Shown here in pieces: positions 46,466-56,434 of a stretch of 64,000 bases of DNA. The stretch lies in the IMG/VR virus record IMGVR_UViG_2706795703_000001, positions 1 through 64,000 of that record; one strand, given 5' to 3'. A program made the position numbers and the translations under genes. Origin of the DNA: a virus. Its lineage: Duplodnaviria > Caudoviricetes. Each line of letters starts with the position of its first letter. Position 1 is the stretch's first letter. The notes beneath the pieces are model-generated. The model was not told where the DNA came from. It saw only the letters and a list, made by a program, of their open reading frames with translations, and made no database searches.

Positions 46466-48162
46466 GCCTCCAGCCCACGGTCGAGCACCCGGCTGGTGAC
46501 GCGGATGCTGATTTCGTCGGACAGCCGCGCCTTGGTCATGTCCTCGGCCAGCACGATGCCCAGGCTGGCGGCGTAGTTCAGCTGGGCCTGGCTGGGGGCC
46601 TGGTTGTTGCGCCATGACGCCTTACGTTCGGGCAGCTGCTGGTCCGACTCGACAATCCACACCTCGGCGTTCTCCAGCGCGGTGGTCAGGTCGGTGTAAT
46701 CCGGCTCGTCGCACGGGTACCTGCCGCTAGCGGTTACCCAGCCCCCGCGCTTGACGCGGGTACCAATCTGACCGATGGCCCAGCGGGTGCTGGCGACGTC
46801 GTCGCGGGCGGGCATAACCCCATCCTCGGGCCAGACAAATACCACCTGGTTGTTTTCCATCAGCGGCAGGAAGGGCACCCCGCCGACGGTCTCCATCCAC
46901 ACCAGGTCGCTGTTGGCCAGCAGGTCGATGCTGACCATTTCGACGGGGCCCTGGCGCACCACCTTGATGTCGGGCTCGCCACCGCCCAGCAGCTCCTCCA
47001 GGTCGGGCTCGATGTCCTGGCCCGCCTCGTCCACCTCGCGCACCTCTGCGCCGGTGTCCAGCTGGGTCAGGCTGACCAGCTTCATGGCCCGCGCCGACCC
47101 GGCCAGGTCCAGCACCAGGGCGTCGGACTTGTCGGGGTACAGCCGCAGCGCGCGCCCGACCATCTGGCTGTAGAGGTTACGGCTGCGGGTCGGCCGGGCC
47201 AGCACCACGGTGTCGCACATCGGGAAGTCCGCGCCCTCGGTCAGCACCTGGACGGTCACCAGTGCGCGGGCGGTGCCGTCACGGAAGCTGTCGTAGACCG
47301 GCAGCCGGTCGGCGTACTGCATGGCCCCGGTGACCGCGACGGCGGGGAAATCGGCTTCGGTCAGCGCGTCGGCGATGTGGTGGGCGGCGTCGACGCTGGC
47401 GGCGAAGATGATCGGGCGGCGGTCGGCGGCGTGCATCTTGATGGCGTCCACGACGTACTCGGTGGCGGCCTCCATGACCTCGGCCAGCTCGCCCTGGTGG
47501 AAGTCACCGGCGACGCTGCGCACGTCGTTCAGGGCGTCCAGGCCCTTGATGCGCACGGTCAGCCCGCGCGGCTGGACCAGGAAACCCTTCTTGATGGCCC
47601 AGCGAATATCCTTCTCGTAGCTGATCTTCTGGATGACGTCGCCCAGGCCAATGACCCCGCGTTCGTTGCGGTACATGGTGGCGGTGAACCCGGCCATCAG
47701 GGCGTCGTCGTAGCCGCCCAGCTCGCTGAATGTGGTGTGGAAACCTTCGGCACCAGCGTGGTGGACCTCGTCCCACAGGATGACGTGGCGCTTGCCCAGG
47801 GCGTGGCGGCGGTGGGCCGTGGCCAGGGTCTGCAACGTGGCGAAGACGATGGGGCAGTGGTGGTCATCCACCTCGGCGCGCACGATGCCGATGTGGTCGG
47901 GGTCGATGGTGGGGTCGACGGCCAGCAGATCGCGGCGCATCTGGTCCAGCAGTTCGCCCCGGTGGGCCAAGGCGACAACGCGCTGGCCCCGGCGGTAGGC
48001 GCGGCGGGCGACTTCGCCGATGACGCTGGACTTGCCGGACCCGGTCGGGAGGACGACACCGACGCGGTTGCTTCCTTCGGCCCAGTCGCGCTCTACGGCG
48101 TCGGCGGCTGCCACCTGGTAGTCGCGGAGCTGGCGCGGGGCCGGTACTGCGGTGCTGGTCAT
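46462..48162 (-). CDS. SF2 DEAD/H-box DNA helicase
   Basis: LRDYQ Q-motif, LPTGSGKS, WDEVHH, FTAT, LTEGAD, QMVGRALR; real start ATG 48162. Confidence 0.9.
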   Translation of the reverse strand: MTSTAVPAPRQLRDYQVAAADAVERDWAEGSNRVGVVLPTGSGKSSVIGEVARRAYRRGQRVVALAHRGELLDQMRRDLLAVDPTIDPDHIGIVRAEVDDHHCPIVFATLQTLATAHRRHALGKRHVILWDEVHHAGAEGFHTTFSELGGYDDALMAGFTATMYRNERGVIGLGDVIQKISYEKDIRWAIKKGFLVQPRGLTVRIKGLDALNDVRSVAGDFHQGELAEVMEAATEYVVDAIKMHAADRRPIIFAASVDAAHHIADALTEADFPAVAVTGAMQYADRLPVYDSFRDGTARALVTVQVLTEGADFPMCDTVVLARPTRSRNLYSQMVGRALRLYPDKSDALVLDLAGSARAMKLVSLTQLDTGAEVREVDEAGQDIEPDLEELLGGGEPDIKVVRQGPVEMVSIDLLANSDLVWMETVGGVPFLPLMENNQVVFVWPEDGVMPARDDVASTRWAIGQIGTRVKRGGWVTASGRYPCDEPDYTDLTTALENAEVWIVESDQQLPERKASWRNNQAPSQAQLNYAASLGIVLAEDMTKARLSDEISIRVTSRVLDRGLEA

Positions 48163-48266
48163 GTGCGGGTGCTTTCGTCTATGTGGTTGTGGTGCTGGTG
48201 TTTGTGTTGTGTGGTGTGCCGGTCGGCCGGGGTGACCTGGATGCAGCCCGGCCGACCGACTCCCAC

Positions 48267-48296
48267 AAACTAACCCGACAGTGGCGGGTAAGTCAA
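48267..48296 (-). promoter_or_regulatory. Promoter/operator copy 4
   Basis: TTGACT-TACCCGCCACTGTCGGGT-TAGTTT upstream of the helicase. Confidence 0.75.
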
Positions 48297-48521
48297 CTAG
48301 GACCGGTAATCGTCCTCGGCGTCTGTGAAAACGTCCACGTCGCGCATCTGCGGAACGTCGTCCAGCTCCAGGGTGACCGTGACGCCTTCGCGCACGTTGC
48401 CCAGCTGGGCCAGCATGTCGCGTACCTTGTCGGTGATGCGCTGCTGCGCCTCCTCGATGTCGGTGGCGAAATGCGGGTCGATGTCCACCGAGGTCACGAC
48501 GCGCGCCCGTATGACAATCAT
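48297..48521 (-). CDS. Hypothetical protein
   Basis: ATGA overlap at 48521. Confidence 0.6.
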   Translation of the reverse strand: MIVIRARVVTSVDIDPHFATDIEEAQQRITDKVRDMLAQLGNVREGVTVTLELDDVPQMRDVDVFTDAEDDYRS

Positions 48522-48916
48522 GCGGCGATCCATCCCGGCTCGTCCCAGAGCGGTGTGTTGACCGCGCCCGGGGCGTCGCTGACGTCGTAGACCTCGACCC
48601 CGTTACTGCGGAACGGCACATAGCGTTCGGGGTAGTAGTTGCAGATGCGGTAATAGGTACCCGAGCAGCTGCTGTAGGCGTTGATGGTGTGGGCGGGGGT
48701 ATAGAACTCGCGGTAGCGGGTCCAGCTGCCGTCGGCCCTGCGCGGGGTGTCGCAGAGGTCGCGGGCGGTGCCCTTGCCCAGCCAGATGCCGGTGGTGGTC
48801 TGGCAGTGCGTACCCGGGGGCAGCACGTCGGCCTTGGCGTCAGTGGTGGAAGCGGCGAAGCCGATCACCAACAGGGCGCTCAGGCTGACGATGGCCAGCG
48901 CTATGCGGCGCTTCAC
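48518..48916 (-). CDS. Secreted/exported Cys-containing protein (CDGP-like)
   Basis: Signal peptide MKRRIALAIVSLSALLVIGFAAST..AKA; LCDTPRRADGSWTR.R motif; four Cys. Confidence 0.65.
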   Translation of the reverse strand: MKRRIALAIVSLSALLVIGFAASTTDAKADVLPPGTHCQTTTGIWLGKGTARDLCDTPRRADGSWTRYREFYTPAHTINAYSSCSGTYYRICNYYPERYVPFRSNGVEVYDVSDAPGAVNTPLWDEPGWIAA

Positions 48917-49377
48917 GATGCCACCTCGTTGGCTGCGGCCTGGAAGACGTGGCCCAGCTTGGTCAGCCCCAGCAGCTTCAGCTCGTTGGCGCTGACGGTG
49001 TCGCCGGTGGCCGCCTTAAGCACCTCCAGCAGCGCCCGGGTCTCGGTCACCTGCACCGCCGACAGCAGGCCCTGGGGCTTGGTGACGGCCTTACGGATGT
49101 CGTAGTCGGCGGGCGGGGCGTAGAAGACGTACTCGACGTCCGACAGCCCCAACGCCTTGTGGGCGTCGAACTTGGTGGGGGCGGCGTTGCCCGCCTTGCG
49201 CAGCTGCTTGCTCAGCCAGTCGCGCAGCTGGGCCATGGCCTGCGGGGACCATTCGCCCCGGTGGTTGTCCTGGTAATCCTTGATGGCCCGGGCGTGGTCC
49301 TTCTGGGCCTTCTCGTGGTTGGTCAGTGCCGCCTGGGCAGTCTTGACCAGCGCAGTGCGACTGAATGAAACGGACAT
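48913..49377 (-). CDS. Hypothetical protein
   Basis: ACAACCACGAAGGAG RBS; promoter copy 5 upstream. Confidence 0.7.
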   Translation of the reverse strand: MSVSFSRTALVKTAQAALTNHEKAQKDHARAIKDYQDNHRGEWSPQAMAQLRDWLSKQLRKAGNAAPTKFDAHKALGLSDVEYVFYAPPADYDIRKAVTKPQGLLSAVQVTETRALLEVLKAATGDTVSANELKLLGLTKLGHVFQAAANEVAS

Positions 49378-49421
49378 AGCGGTGGTTCTCCTTCGTGGTT
49401 GTGTACTGCGGTGTTGTGGGG

Positions 49422-49451
49422 AGACTAGCCCGACATAGGCGGGCTAGTCCA
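49422..49451 (-). promoter_or_regulatory. Promoter/operator copy 5
   Basis: TGGACT-AGCCCGCCTATGTCGGGC-TAGTCT; perfect 10-bp arms GACTAGCCCG-N7-CGGGCTAGTC. Confidence 0.75.
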
Positions 49452-49459
49452 CTCCCGTT

Positions 49460-52273
49460 TTAGTCCTGGTCGTTGACTTCGGCAGCGGCCAGTACACGTG
49501 CCTGCTCGGCGGTGTTCACGCTGGGGATGTAGCGCGCCCCCGACGGGGTGCCGGTCAGGGTCTCAATCAGCCCGTAGCGCAGGCCACGGTCCACGGCTTC
49601 GGCCACGCGCTGCTTCCAGTAGACCGGGGTGTCCTTCCGGCTGAGCGCGTAGGCGTCAGGGCGCACGGCCAGGGCAATCTCGGTGCGCGTCGCACCCTGC
49701 TGGGTCAGGTTGTCGACAAACTCGCGGATGCGGATCGCGGTCTCCACCACGGTCTCCGGCAGCGGCCTGGCCAGCACGACGGCACCCTGCATCGGGTCAA
49801 CGTCACCGTTGGGCCCGGTGATCAGTGGCGCGGACACGTCACCGCCCAGGTCATGGTTCAGCATCAGCAGCGGGATGGGGGTTTCCAGCTGCTCGGCGTT
49901 CTTCTGCTTGCTGGTGGTGATTTCGATGCACTTGCCGGGTAGCCGCCCGTCGGCGTCGGCAATCTGGGTGATGTCCCAGGTAGCCATGCGCACCAGCAGC
50001 TCGCTGTCCAGTGCCCCGTTCAGTGCGCTGGACCCCCGGGCGGTGTCGGGTGCGCCCTTGGCGGTGTGGTGCACCACCATGACCCCCGCGTTGGTCAGCT
50101 CGCGCAGCTTGTCGAACCGGCGCACGGCCTTGCCCACGTCGGTCGCGCTGTTCTCCTCCAGCCCGGCTGACATGCGGGCGAAGGTGTCGAAGACGACCAG
50201 GCCGATGCCCTGGCGGGCGATGTAGGCGGCGATCTCGCCCCACGCCTCGTTCTGGGCGCTGACCAGGATGATGCCGTTGCCCAGCAGCAGGTCATCCTCC
50301 AGTTCGACGTCGTGGGCATCCTCCCACGCCTTCAGGCGCTGCACCGCACCCGACAGACCTTCGCCAGGCAGGTACAGCACGCGGGTTTTGCGGGTGGTCC
50401 GGCCCTGCCAGTTCTTGCCGGTGGCGATGTGGCACAGCATGTCGAGCACCACGGTGGACTTGCCGACCCCGGGCGGGCCGATGACCGACGACAGCCCGCC
50501 GTGTTCGATCAGCCCGTCGATGATGTACTCCGGCGGCGGCATGTCGCGCCAGTGGCTGAAGGGCGCGATGCGGGGCACCCCGTTGTGCGGGGAGTCGAAC
50601 ACGTCGGGGTCGGGGTCGTCCACCTCGTCGGCATACGGGCTGTCGGCCTTGCCGAAGTCGGCGGGCAGGTCGCTCAGGTCGGCGGCGTAGTCCACCGGGG
50701 TGTCAGCCAGCCGCTCCTCCACCAGGTCGGGGGCTTCGATCAGATGGTCCTCGGCGGCGTCGGCGGTACCGCTGTGGTGGTACCACTGGCCTTCCGACTC
50801 GAAAGCGTCGTCCGGCCCGATGGTTGCGCCGCACTGGCAGACCACCGTGTTGTCCTCGGCCTGGTCCTCGGGATAGATGTTGCGGTCCTGCTGCTCACGC
50901 ACGGCCAGCTCGGACTCGTCAACCTGGGGCAGGTCGAACTCGCCGTCGCCGTTCATCTTGTGCTCGCGATCGACACCCTTGGGGTCCAGGCCCGGCTCCA
51001 CGCTCAGGTCCGGCGTCACGTCCATGTCGTCCATGGCCTTGCCGACGTTGCCGCCGTAGTTGATCAGCGCCACCGCCTGGAGCTTGCTGATGGTGCTGGT
51101 GCCCTTGTCAGCCACCCACTGGTCAAACGGCTCGGCGGGGTTGTCGGTCCAGATGTGCAGCGGCGCGTTCGTCTCGGTGTAGCGCCCGGCGGTGCAGCCG
51201 GTGTCATGCGCGGTGGCCGACTTCGGGCTGGCGTGGGTGCCGGGGGCGGTCCACACCGCGCACCCGCACCCGTCGGCACGCGGGGCCGGGGTCCACCCCA
51301 GCGGTTCCAGGATGTTGGCCCAGGTGACCGTCTCAGCCCAGGCGTCGATGGCGGTAGCCAGTTCGGTGGCCTCGGGGCTGTCGGCGTTGGCGGCGGCGCG
51401 CTGCACCCGGCGTTCGCCAGCTGCCATGATGGCCTGGCCCAGCCAGTCGGGCAGTTCGTAAACGTGCCCCAGCTGCTCATAGGCCCCCTCGGGCCGGGTC
51501 GACGGCGGGATGAGGACGTAGCGGCGGTCCCACAGCACGGCGAACCCGTTGTCGCCGCCCCAGGTCATGGCACCGATGTGGCGGGGCAGCACCGGCAGCA
51601 GTTCGTCGGGGACGGTGAACCAGAAGTGCCCGCCGTCGGCGTGGGCCCACGTGGTCGGGTCATCGGGGTCAGCGTCGGGCCCCAGCTGGCCCGGCGTCAG
51701 CACGGTGGGGGCCGGGCGCTGGGTCGGGTCATCAATCTCGGCGGCCTCGAACCAGCGGTCTACCTGGGCGGCGGTGTCGCAATCCACGACGACCACGCCG
51801 CTGCTGCCGACCTCGACCGCCAGGTTGACGGCGGCGGGCTTCACCATGACGATTTCGCCCGCGTCGAACGCCTTCTTGGTGTAGTTGACCTCGTCGCCGG
51901 TGACGACTGCCCCGCCTGCGGCGTCGACCCCGTCGGTGACCACTACCGCCCACGTGCTGAACAGTTCGATGTAGCGCTTCAGGTACCGCTCGAGTGTGGC
52001 CTTGTCGCTGGTGGCCAGCGCCAGCCCCGATGCGCTCTTGACGGTGTGCCAGTCGCGGCGACCGGCAGCCTGCGCGGCCTCCTGGGCGGCCTTGTCGTCC
52101 TTCTTGCGGGCCAGCGGGGTACGCAGGTCGGCAGGGGCCTTGCTGTCGGGGTAGATAAACATCAAGTTCAGGCCCAGGTCAGCGGCCTGCCGGACGTACG
52201 CGCGGACGGCGTCGTGGTTGGTGTTGTCGATACCGGAGCCCAATACGGCCTCCAGCGGTTTCGATCCCAGCAT
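49460..52273 (-). CDS. Bifunctional primase/polymerase-like domain fused to RecA-like (AAA_25) helicase
   Basis: VVVVDCD and GGHFWF prim-pol motifs; GPPGVGKS, VLYLPGEG, VVFDTFAR, VVHHTAK, RGSSAL helicase motifs. Confidence 0.88.
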   Translation of the reverse strand: MLGSKPLEAVLGSGIDNTNHDAVRAYVRQAADLGLNLMFIYPDSKAPADLRTPLARKKDDKAAQEAAQAAGRRDWHTVKSASGLALATSDKATLERYLKRYIELFSTWAVVVTDGVDAAGGAVVTGDEVNYTKKAFDAGEIVMVKPAAVNLAVEVGSSGVVVVDCDTAAQVDRWFEAAEIDDPTQRPAPTVLTPGQLGPDADPDDPTTWAHADGGHFWFTVPDELLPVLPRHIGAMTWGGDNGFAVLWDRRYVLIPPSTRPEGAYEQLGHVYELPDWLGQAIMAAGERRVQRAAANADSPEATELATAIDAWAETVTWANILEPLGWTPAPRADGCGCAVWTAPGTHASPKSATAHDTGCTAGRYTETNAPLHIWTDNPAEPFDQWVADKGTSTISKLQAVALINYGGNVGKAMDDMDVTPDLSVEPGLDPKGVDREHKMNGDGEFDLPQVDESELAVREQQDRNIYPEDQAEDNTVVCQCGATIGPDDAFESEGQWYHHSGTADAAEDHLIEAPDLVEERLADTPVDYAADLSDLPADFGKADSPYADEVDDPDPDVFDSPHNGVPRIAPFSHWRDMPPPEYIIDGLIEHGGLSSVIGPPGVGKSTVVLDMLCHIATGKNWQGRTTRKTRVLYLPGEGLSGAVQRLKAWEDAHDVELEDDLLLGNGIILVSAQNEAWGEIAAYIARQGIGLVVFDTFARMSAGLEENSATDVGKAVRRFDKLRELTNAGVMVVHHTAKGAPDTARGSSALNGALDSELLVRMATWDITQIADADGRLPGKCIEITTSKQKNAEQLETPIPLLMLNHDLGGDVSAPLITGPNGDVDPMQGAVVLARPLPETVVETAIRIREFVDNLTQQGATRTEIALAVRPDAYALSRKDTPVYWKQRVAEAVDRGLRYGLIETLTGTPSGARYIPSVNTAEQARVLAAAEVNDQD

Positions 52274-52304
52274 GTGGTGCCTTTCGTGGTTGTGGTGGGT
52301 CGGT

Positions 52305-53132
52305 CTAGGTGTGGCGGCCGGGCTTGGCGGCGATGGCCCCGCCCAGGGCGGCGTAACCGATCATGTCGGCCCAGCTGTCGGCGTGGTCGATGGTCACCGT
52401 CAGCCGTGACGCCTTCAGCAGCACCATGCACAGCGCCACCTGCTCGGCGCTGACGTCGATGCCCAGCACGGCCGACCACAGTTTCCCGGTCTGGTCGAAG
52501 TTGTCCAGGGCGTCGCCGTAGTCGGCGTTGCGGGGGCCGTTGACCAGCCCGGCGGCGGTGGCGCACAAGTCCCCTGCCCGCTGGGCGGTGCTGCGCTGGT
52601 CCATGATCTTGTCGCGCTGATCGGGGGTGATCATGCCCGCTTCCACGGCTTCGTCAATCGACCGTTCAATGGCGGCGTCGAATGCCTCGGCGGTGCGCTG
52701 GCGCGTGGTCTGCGCGTCGGCCCATGCGATGTAGTCGGCCTCGGTGGCGAACCGCACGTGCGGCGGTGGCACCCCGGGGGTCGGGGCCCCGTGGCGGCGG
52801 CAGTCCATGCCGGGCAGCGACCAGCAGCTGCACGGCGGATCCAGCTTCATACCGACGACCTGCTGGTGGCGCTGGACCCAGTCGGATACGACGTGGCATC
52901 GGCACCCGATGACGTGGTTGTCGTTGGGGCATTCGTCGCTGGGGTCTGGGGGCAGCATCGGCGGGCCGAAATCCTCGTCAGCGTCAGGCACTGCGGTCTC
53001 CTTCGTGGTGGTTGTGGTTGCGGTGGTACCGGGCAGCCTAGCCGCGCCGATGACGGCCTTGAATGCCCCGCAGGTGCAGGCGATCCCGGCCGGGGTCAGG
53101 AACTCGCACCCCGGGGCGTGCAGCACGGTCAC
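52305..53132 (-). CDS. DUF6378-like protein
   Basis: LVNGPRNADYGDALDNF...VALCMVLLKASR...DSWADMIGYAA. Strong second start at GTG 52991. Confidence 0.65.
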   Translation of the reverse strand: MTVLHAPGCEFLTPAGIACTCGAFKAVIGAARLPGTTATTTTTKETAVPDADEDFGPPMLPPDPSDECPNDNHVIGCRCHVVSDWVQRHQQVVGMKLDPPCSCWSLPGMDCRRHGAPTPGVPPPHVRFATEADYIAWADAQTTRQRTAEAFDAAIERSIDEAVEAGMITPDQRDKIMDQRSTAQRAGDLCATAAGLVNGPRNADYGDALDNFDQTGKLWSAVLGIDVSAEQVALCMVLLKASRLTVTIDHADSWADMIGYAALGGAIAAKPGRHT

Positions 53133-53335
53133 GACCGCGTCCAGGTGGTGACGGTCTGGCGGCTGACGCCCAGCGCCCGGGCCAGGTCGGCGCGGCTGAC
53201 GCCCTGGGCGCGGTACTGCTTGGCGGCGCGGCGGGCGGCGGCCATGGCGCGGTCGACGTCGCGGCGGGCGGTGGCCAGCTGCTGCCCGGCGTGCTCCAGG
53301 TGGCGGCGCTGTTCGTCGGTCATACCTTGGCCCAT
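53129..53335 (-). CDS. Small HTH protein
   Basis: GVSRADLARALGVSRQTVTTW. Confidence 0.72.
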   Translation of the reverse strand: MGQGMTDEQRRHLEHAGQQLATARRDVDRAMAAARRAAKQYRAQGVSRADLARALGVSRQTVTTWTRS

Positions 53336-55146
53336 GCCCTTCCCATGTCGGCGCGGTCGGTGCGCAGCACGGGGGTGCGCTGCGCCCAGGTGATCAGGAA
53401 CGGCGGTGGGGTCAGCATGATGCGCTGCACCGCCTCGGCCACCTCGGTGTCGACCACCAGTTCGTCGTGCATGGCCAGCTGTAGGTGGTCGGCCAGGCCC
53501 TGGCGTTCCATCTCCACAATGCTGGCGGCCAGCACGTCGTAGGCCGACCCCTGGATGGCGTAGTTGACCGCCTTGTATTCAAACCCCGGGTCGACCGGCA
53601 GGATGCGCCCGCCAGCGGTGACGACCCGCCCGTAGGTCTCAGCCACGTTCTGCACCTTGCGCATCCAGCGTTCGCAGCCCTTCATGGCCTCGAACATCTG
53701 GCGGCGTATCTGGGCGGCCGACTCTTCGGTGTGGCCGATGTTGCGGGCCAGCTTGGCGGTGCCCAGCCCGTACATCGTGCCCAGCAACACCACCTTGGCC
53801 ACCGGGCGTTCGATCCCGGCGCTGCGCATGATCGGTTCGTAGAGGTCTTCGCCCGCCTCGAACGGGGCCAGAAATTCCACGTCCTGGGCCATCAGCGCCA
53901 TGGTCACCGGCTCAATCTGGCTCCAGTCAATACTGGTCAGGCCCTGCCCGTCGTCGGTGATGATGGGCCGGGCGTCGGCGGGGAACTGCTGGAGTTCGGG
54001 GCTGCCGTAGGACATGCGTCCGGTGGCGCTGGCACCCAGCACCCCGACCTGGGGGTGGCACCGGCCGGTGACCGCCGCCTGACGGCTGACCTTCTCCAGG
54101 TATCCGGTGACCTTGTCGATGACCGCCAGCTTGCGCTGCGCATCGGCCAGCGGGTGGTCCAGGGCCTCCAGGTCGGCCTTGGTCGCGCGCAGCTGCTTGG
54201 TCGGGGTGCGCGGCCAGTTCGCAGGCAGCTCGCCCCGGTCATACAGGTACTGCACCAGCGCCTTGCCCTTGCCGCTGCCGCCTTCCAGCCCGTGCGCGGC
54301 CAACTCGGCAATGGCCAGGTTGCGGTCGACGTCCACCTGTTCCTGGTAGCGGTCGAGGTAGTCCATGTCTACGGCCAGCCCGACCGCTGACCGGCGCAGC
54401 ATGACCCGGTGCACGGTCTCCTGGGTCCACAGCAGCTGCTCGGCCTCGGCCTCGGTGGTGGCCCCGTAGGTGACGAACGGGTGGTCGGTGGCCCAGTGGT
54501 GCGCCTTGGCCCGCATGATCGGCTCGACCGCCAGGGTGGCCACGGTGTCGGCCATGGCCCCGTAGCGGTAGACGGGGCTGGTGATGTCCATGCCCTCGAA
54601 ACCAGCGGCCTGGGTTTTGTACCCGGCGGCTTTGAACGCGCGTTCCAGCCCGCCCTTGTCGTCGGTCAGCCCCAGGTGCCGGACCGACAGCGCGGTCAGG
54701 TTCTTGGGCACCATGACGTCGGGCACGGCGAAGCGGGTGATCAGCAGGGTGTCCACGATGCGCTTGATGGTGCTGTCGGTGATCAGCCCCGCGTGGTACA
54801 GCGGCGGCACGTCAAACGGGGCGTTGTGGAAGATGACCCAGCTGGCATGGTGCAGCAGCGCCACGGTGACCTCGAAATGGTTCTGGTCGCGCTGGGGGTC
54901 CAGCAGGATGGTCTGCACCCCGCCGTCGGGGGTGGTCCAGGCGGCGGTGACGCAGTTGATCGTGAAGACGTTATCCAGACCCGGGGTCTCGATGTCGAAG
55001 GCGATGGGCTGGCTGCGGAAGTCGTACCCGTTGATGAACCGGTCAGCCGCCCGCACCGCCTCGTGACCGGTGGCCATGGTCGCGCCCAGCAGCGGGTCAT
55101 ACCAGGCGCGGCTGGGTACCCGGGGCACTGCACTGGTCTGGGTCAC
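53320..55146 (-). CDS. polA: Family A DNA polymerase with 3'-5' exonuclease
   Basis: Exo motifs FDIET, FHNAPFD, YGAMAD; motif A DWSQIE, motif B RPVAKVVLLGTMYG, motif C MHDEL. Confidence 0.92.
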   Translation of the reverse strand: MTQTSAVPRVPSRAWYDPLLGATMATGHEAVRAADRFINGYDFRSQPIAFDIETPGLDNVFTINCVTAAWTTPDGGVQTILLDPQRDQNHFEVTVALLHHASWVIFHNAPFDVPPLYHAGLITDSTIKRIVDTLLITRFAVPDVMVPKNLTALSVRHLGLTDDKGGLERAFKAAGYKTQAAGFEGMDITSPVYRYGAMADTVATLAVEPIMRAKAHHWATDHPFVTYGATTEAEAEQLLWTQETVHRVMLRRSAVGLAVDMDYLDRYQEQVDVDRNLAIAELAAHGLEGGSGKGKALVQYLYDRGELPANWPRTPTKQLRATKADLEALDHPLADAQRKLAVIDKVTGYLEKVSRQAAVTGRCHPQVGVLGASATGRMSYGSPELQQFPADARPIITDDGQGLTSIDWSQIEPVTMALMAQDVEFLAPFEAGEDLYEPIMRSAGIERPVAKVVLLGTMYGLGTAKLARNIGHTEESAAQIRRQMFEAMKGCERWMRKVQNVAETYGRVVTAGGRILPVDPGFEYKAVNYAIQGSAYDVLAASIVEMERQGLADHLQLAMHDELVVDTEVAEAVQRIMLTPPPFLITWAQRTPVLRTDRADMGRAWAKV

Positions 55147-55727
55147 GGGGCCACCTGGTTCCAGGCGTCGGCCAGGGCCTCGCGCAGCTCGTCGGCAGTG
55201 GCGTCGTCACCCACGCGGCTGATGGCCGCGAACAGTGCGTCCTCCAGCTCCTGGCGCATCTCGGTGCGACCCTGCTTGGTGCCCAGCTCCTCGGCGTCGG
55301 CCACCTTCTCGGACAGCTCGTCCTCGGTGTACATCGTCTCGTTGTCGATGTCCTCCTGGGCCTGGGCACCGTCGGCGTGGCCCTCGTCGTACTTGGCTGC
55401 CAGCTGATCATCGGTGACGGCCGGGCCAGCCATGGAGCCAGCGGTGCCCGGCGGGCAGGTGTACTGGCCGGTCTCGGTGTGAATCCAGCCCCGATCCGGC
55501 CCGTTGGTGGTGTGCACCGGATGGCTGCACTCGGGGCACGCACCCCGGTCGGTCAGGTACTCGGTGGCGATGGTCAGCGGGTCGGCCACCGGCGGGAATG
55601 TCTCCAGCTCAACGGCGGCGCGCTTCATGCGCTTGAGCATCGCGGCGCTGACGTTGCCCACGATGTCACCGTGGTTCTCCAGCAGGGCCACGGCGGCGTT
55701 CAGCTCGGCTGCGGTTGGGGTGGTCAC
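55143..55727 (-). CDS. Hypothetical protein (CPEC..H..C motif, acidic C-terminal helix)
   Basis: GTGA overlaps at both ends. Confidence 0.65.
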   Translation of the reverse strand: MTTPTAAELNAAVALLENHGDIVGNVSAAMLKRMKRAAVELETFPPVADPLTIATEYLTDRGACPECSHPVHTTNGPDRGWIHTETGQYTCPPGTAGSMAGPAVTDDQLAAKYDEGHADGAQAQEDIDNETMYTEDELSEKVADAEELGTKQGRTEMRQELEDALFAAISRVGDDATADELREALADAWNQVAP

Positions 55728-56434
55728 TCGTACACCTTTCCAAGGACAAATTCGGCCGACTCCTTGGTCAGGCCACGGGCTTTAAACGGTCGCAGTGCGT
55801 CGGCAAATTCGCCCAGCAGCGGCACCTCGTCGGGCTTGAGCATGACCGGCGCGCCGCGTACCGGCTTCGGTCCCTCCCAGCCGTCCACGCTCAGCTCGTC
55901 CACCCGGCCATCGCTGTAGCGCACCCGTACCCCGCCCAGGGGCGGCGCGGTGACATCCACGACCACCTGGACAATCTCGGTGCCCGCCTCGGGCTCGCCG
56001 GGGTCCAGGTAGTCCTGGAACTGAGTCGCCAGCGCCAGGGTGACGGCCGCTGGCCCGCCCCGGCCGGTGTTCACGCGGGCGGCGCACTCCAGCGCCTTCT
56101 CACGCGCCCAGGTGCCGCCGTGGTCGGCCACACCGCTGAGCATGGGCAGTTCGCTGCCCAGGTATTCCGCGTTCTGGTAGTCGCCGACGCGCACCACCGT
56201 GGCGGGGTAGGTGACCCCGGCGGCGGCGATGGTCTGCGGATCCCAGCCACCGGGGCTGATCCACACGTCCACCGTGGGGAAGCCCGACTCGGTGCTGACC
56301 TCGCGCCGGATGAACGCCACCGCCTCGCTGGTCGGGTCACCGACGATGCGCAGCCAGCTGATGATGGTGCCGTCGGGCAGGGTGCGCAGATGGGCCTCGT
56401 CGCGGATCACCGCCACGTCGTTGTAGGTGGTCAC
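55724..56434 (-). CDS. Hypothetical protein
   Basis: GTGA overlap; LRTLPDGTII motif. Confidence 0.62.
   Translation of the reverse strand: MTTYNDVAVIRDEAHLRTLPDGTIISWLRIVGDPTSEAVAFIRREVSTESGFPTVDVWISPGGWDPQTIAAAGVTYPATVVRVGDYQNAEYLGSELPMLSGVADHGGTWAREKALECAARVNTGRGGPAAVTLALATQFQDYLDPGEPEAGTEIVQVVVDVTAPPLGGVRVRYSDGRVDELSVDGWEGPKPVRGAPVMLKPDEVPLLGEFADALRPFKARGLTKESAEFVLGKVYE

Noticed and set aside
48219-48262. Large GC hairpin in the helicase leader as another copy of the conserved leader hairpin
   Set aside because: Different stem and loop sequence; it may still be a structured leader but does not match GCGGG-ACNGW-CCCGC.
48163-48621. Track N-terminal extension of the helicase
   Set aside because: Crosses a promoter, a hairpin and another gene; the RBS and Q-motif position support ATG 48162.
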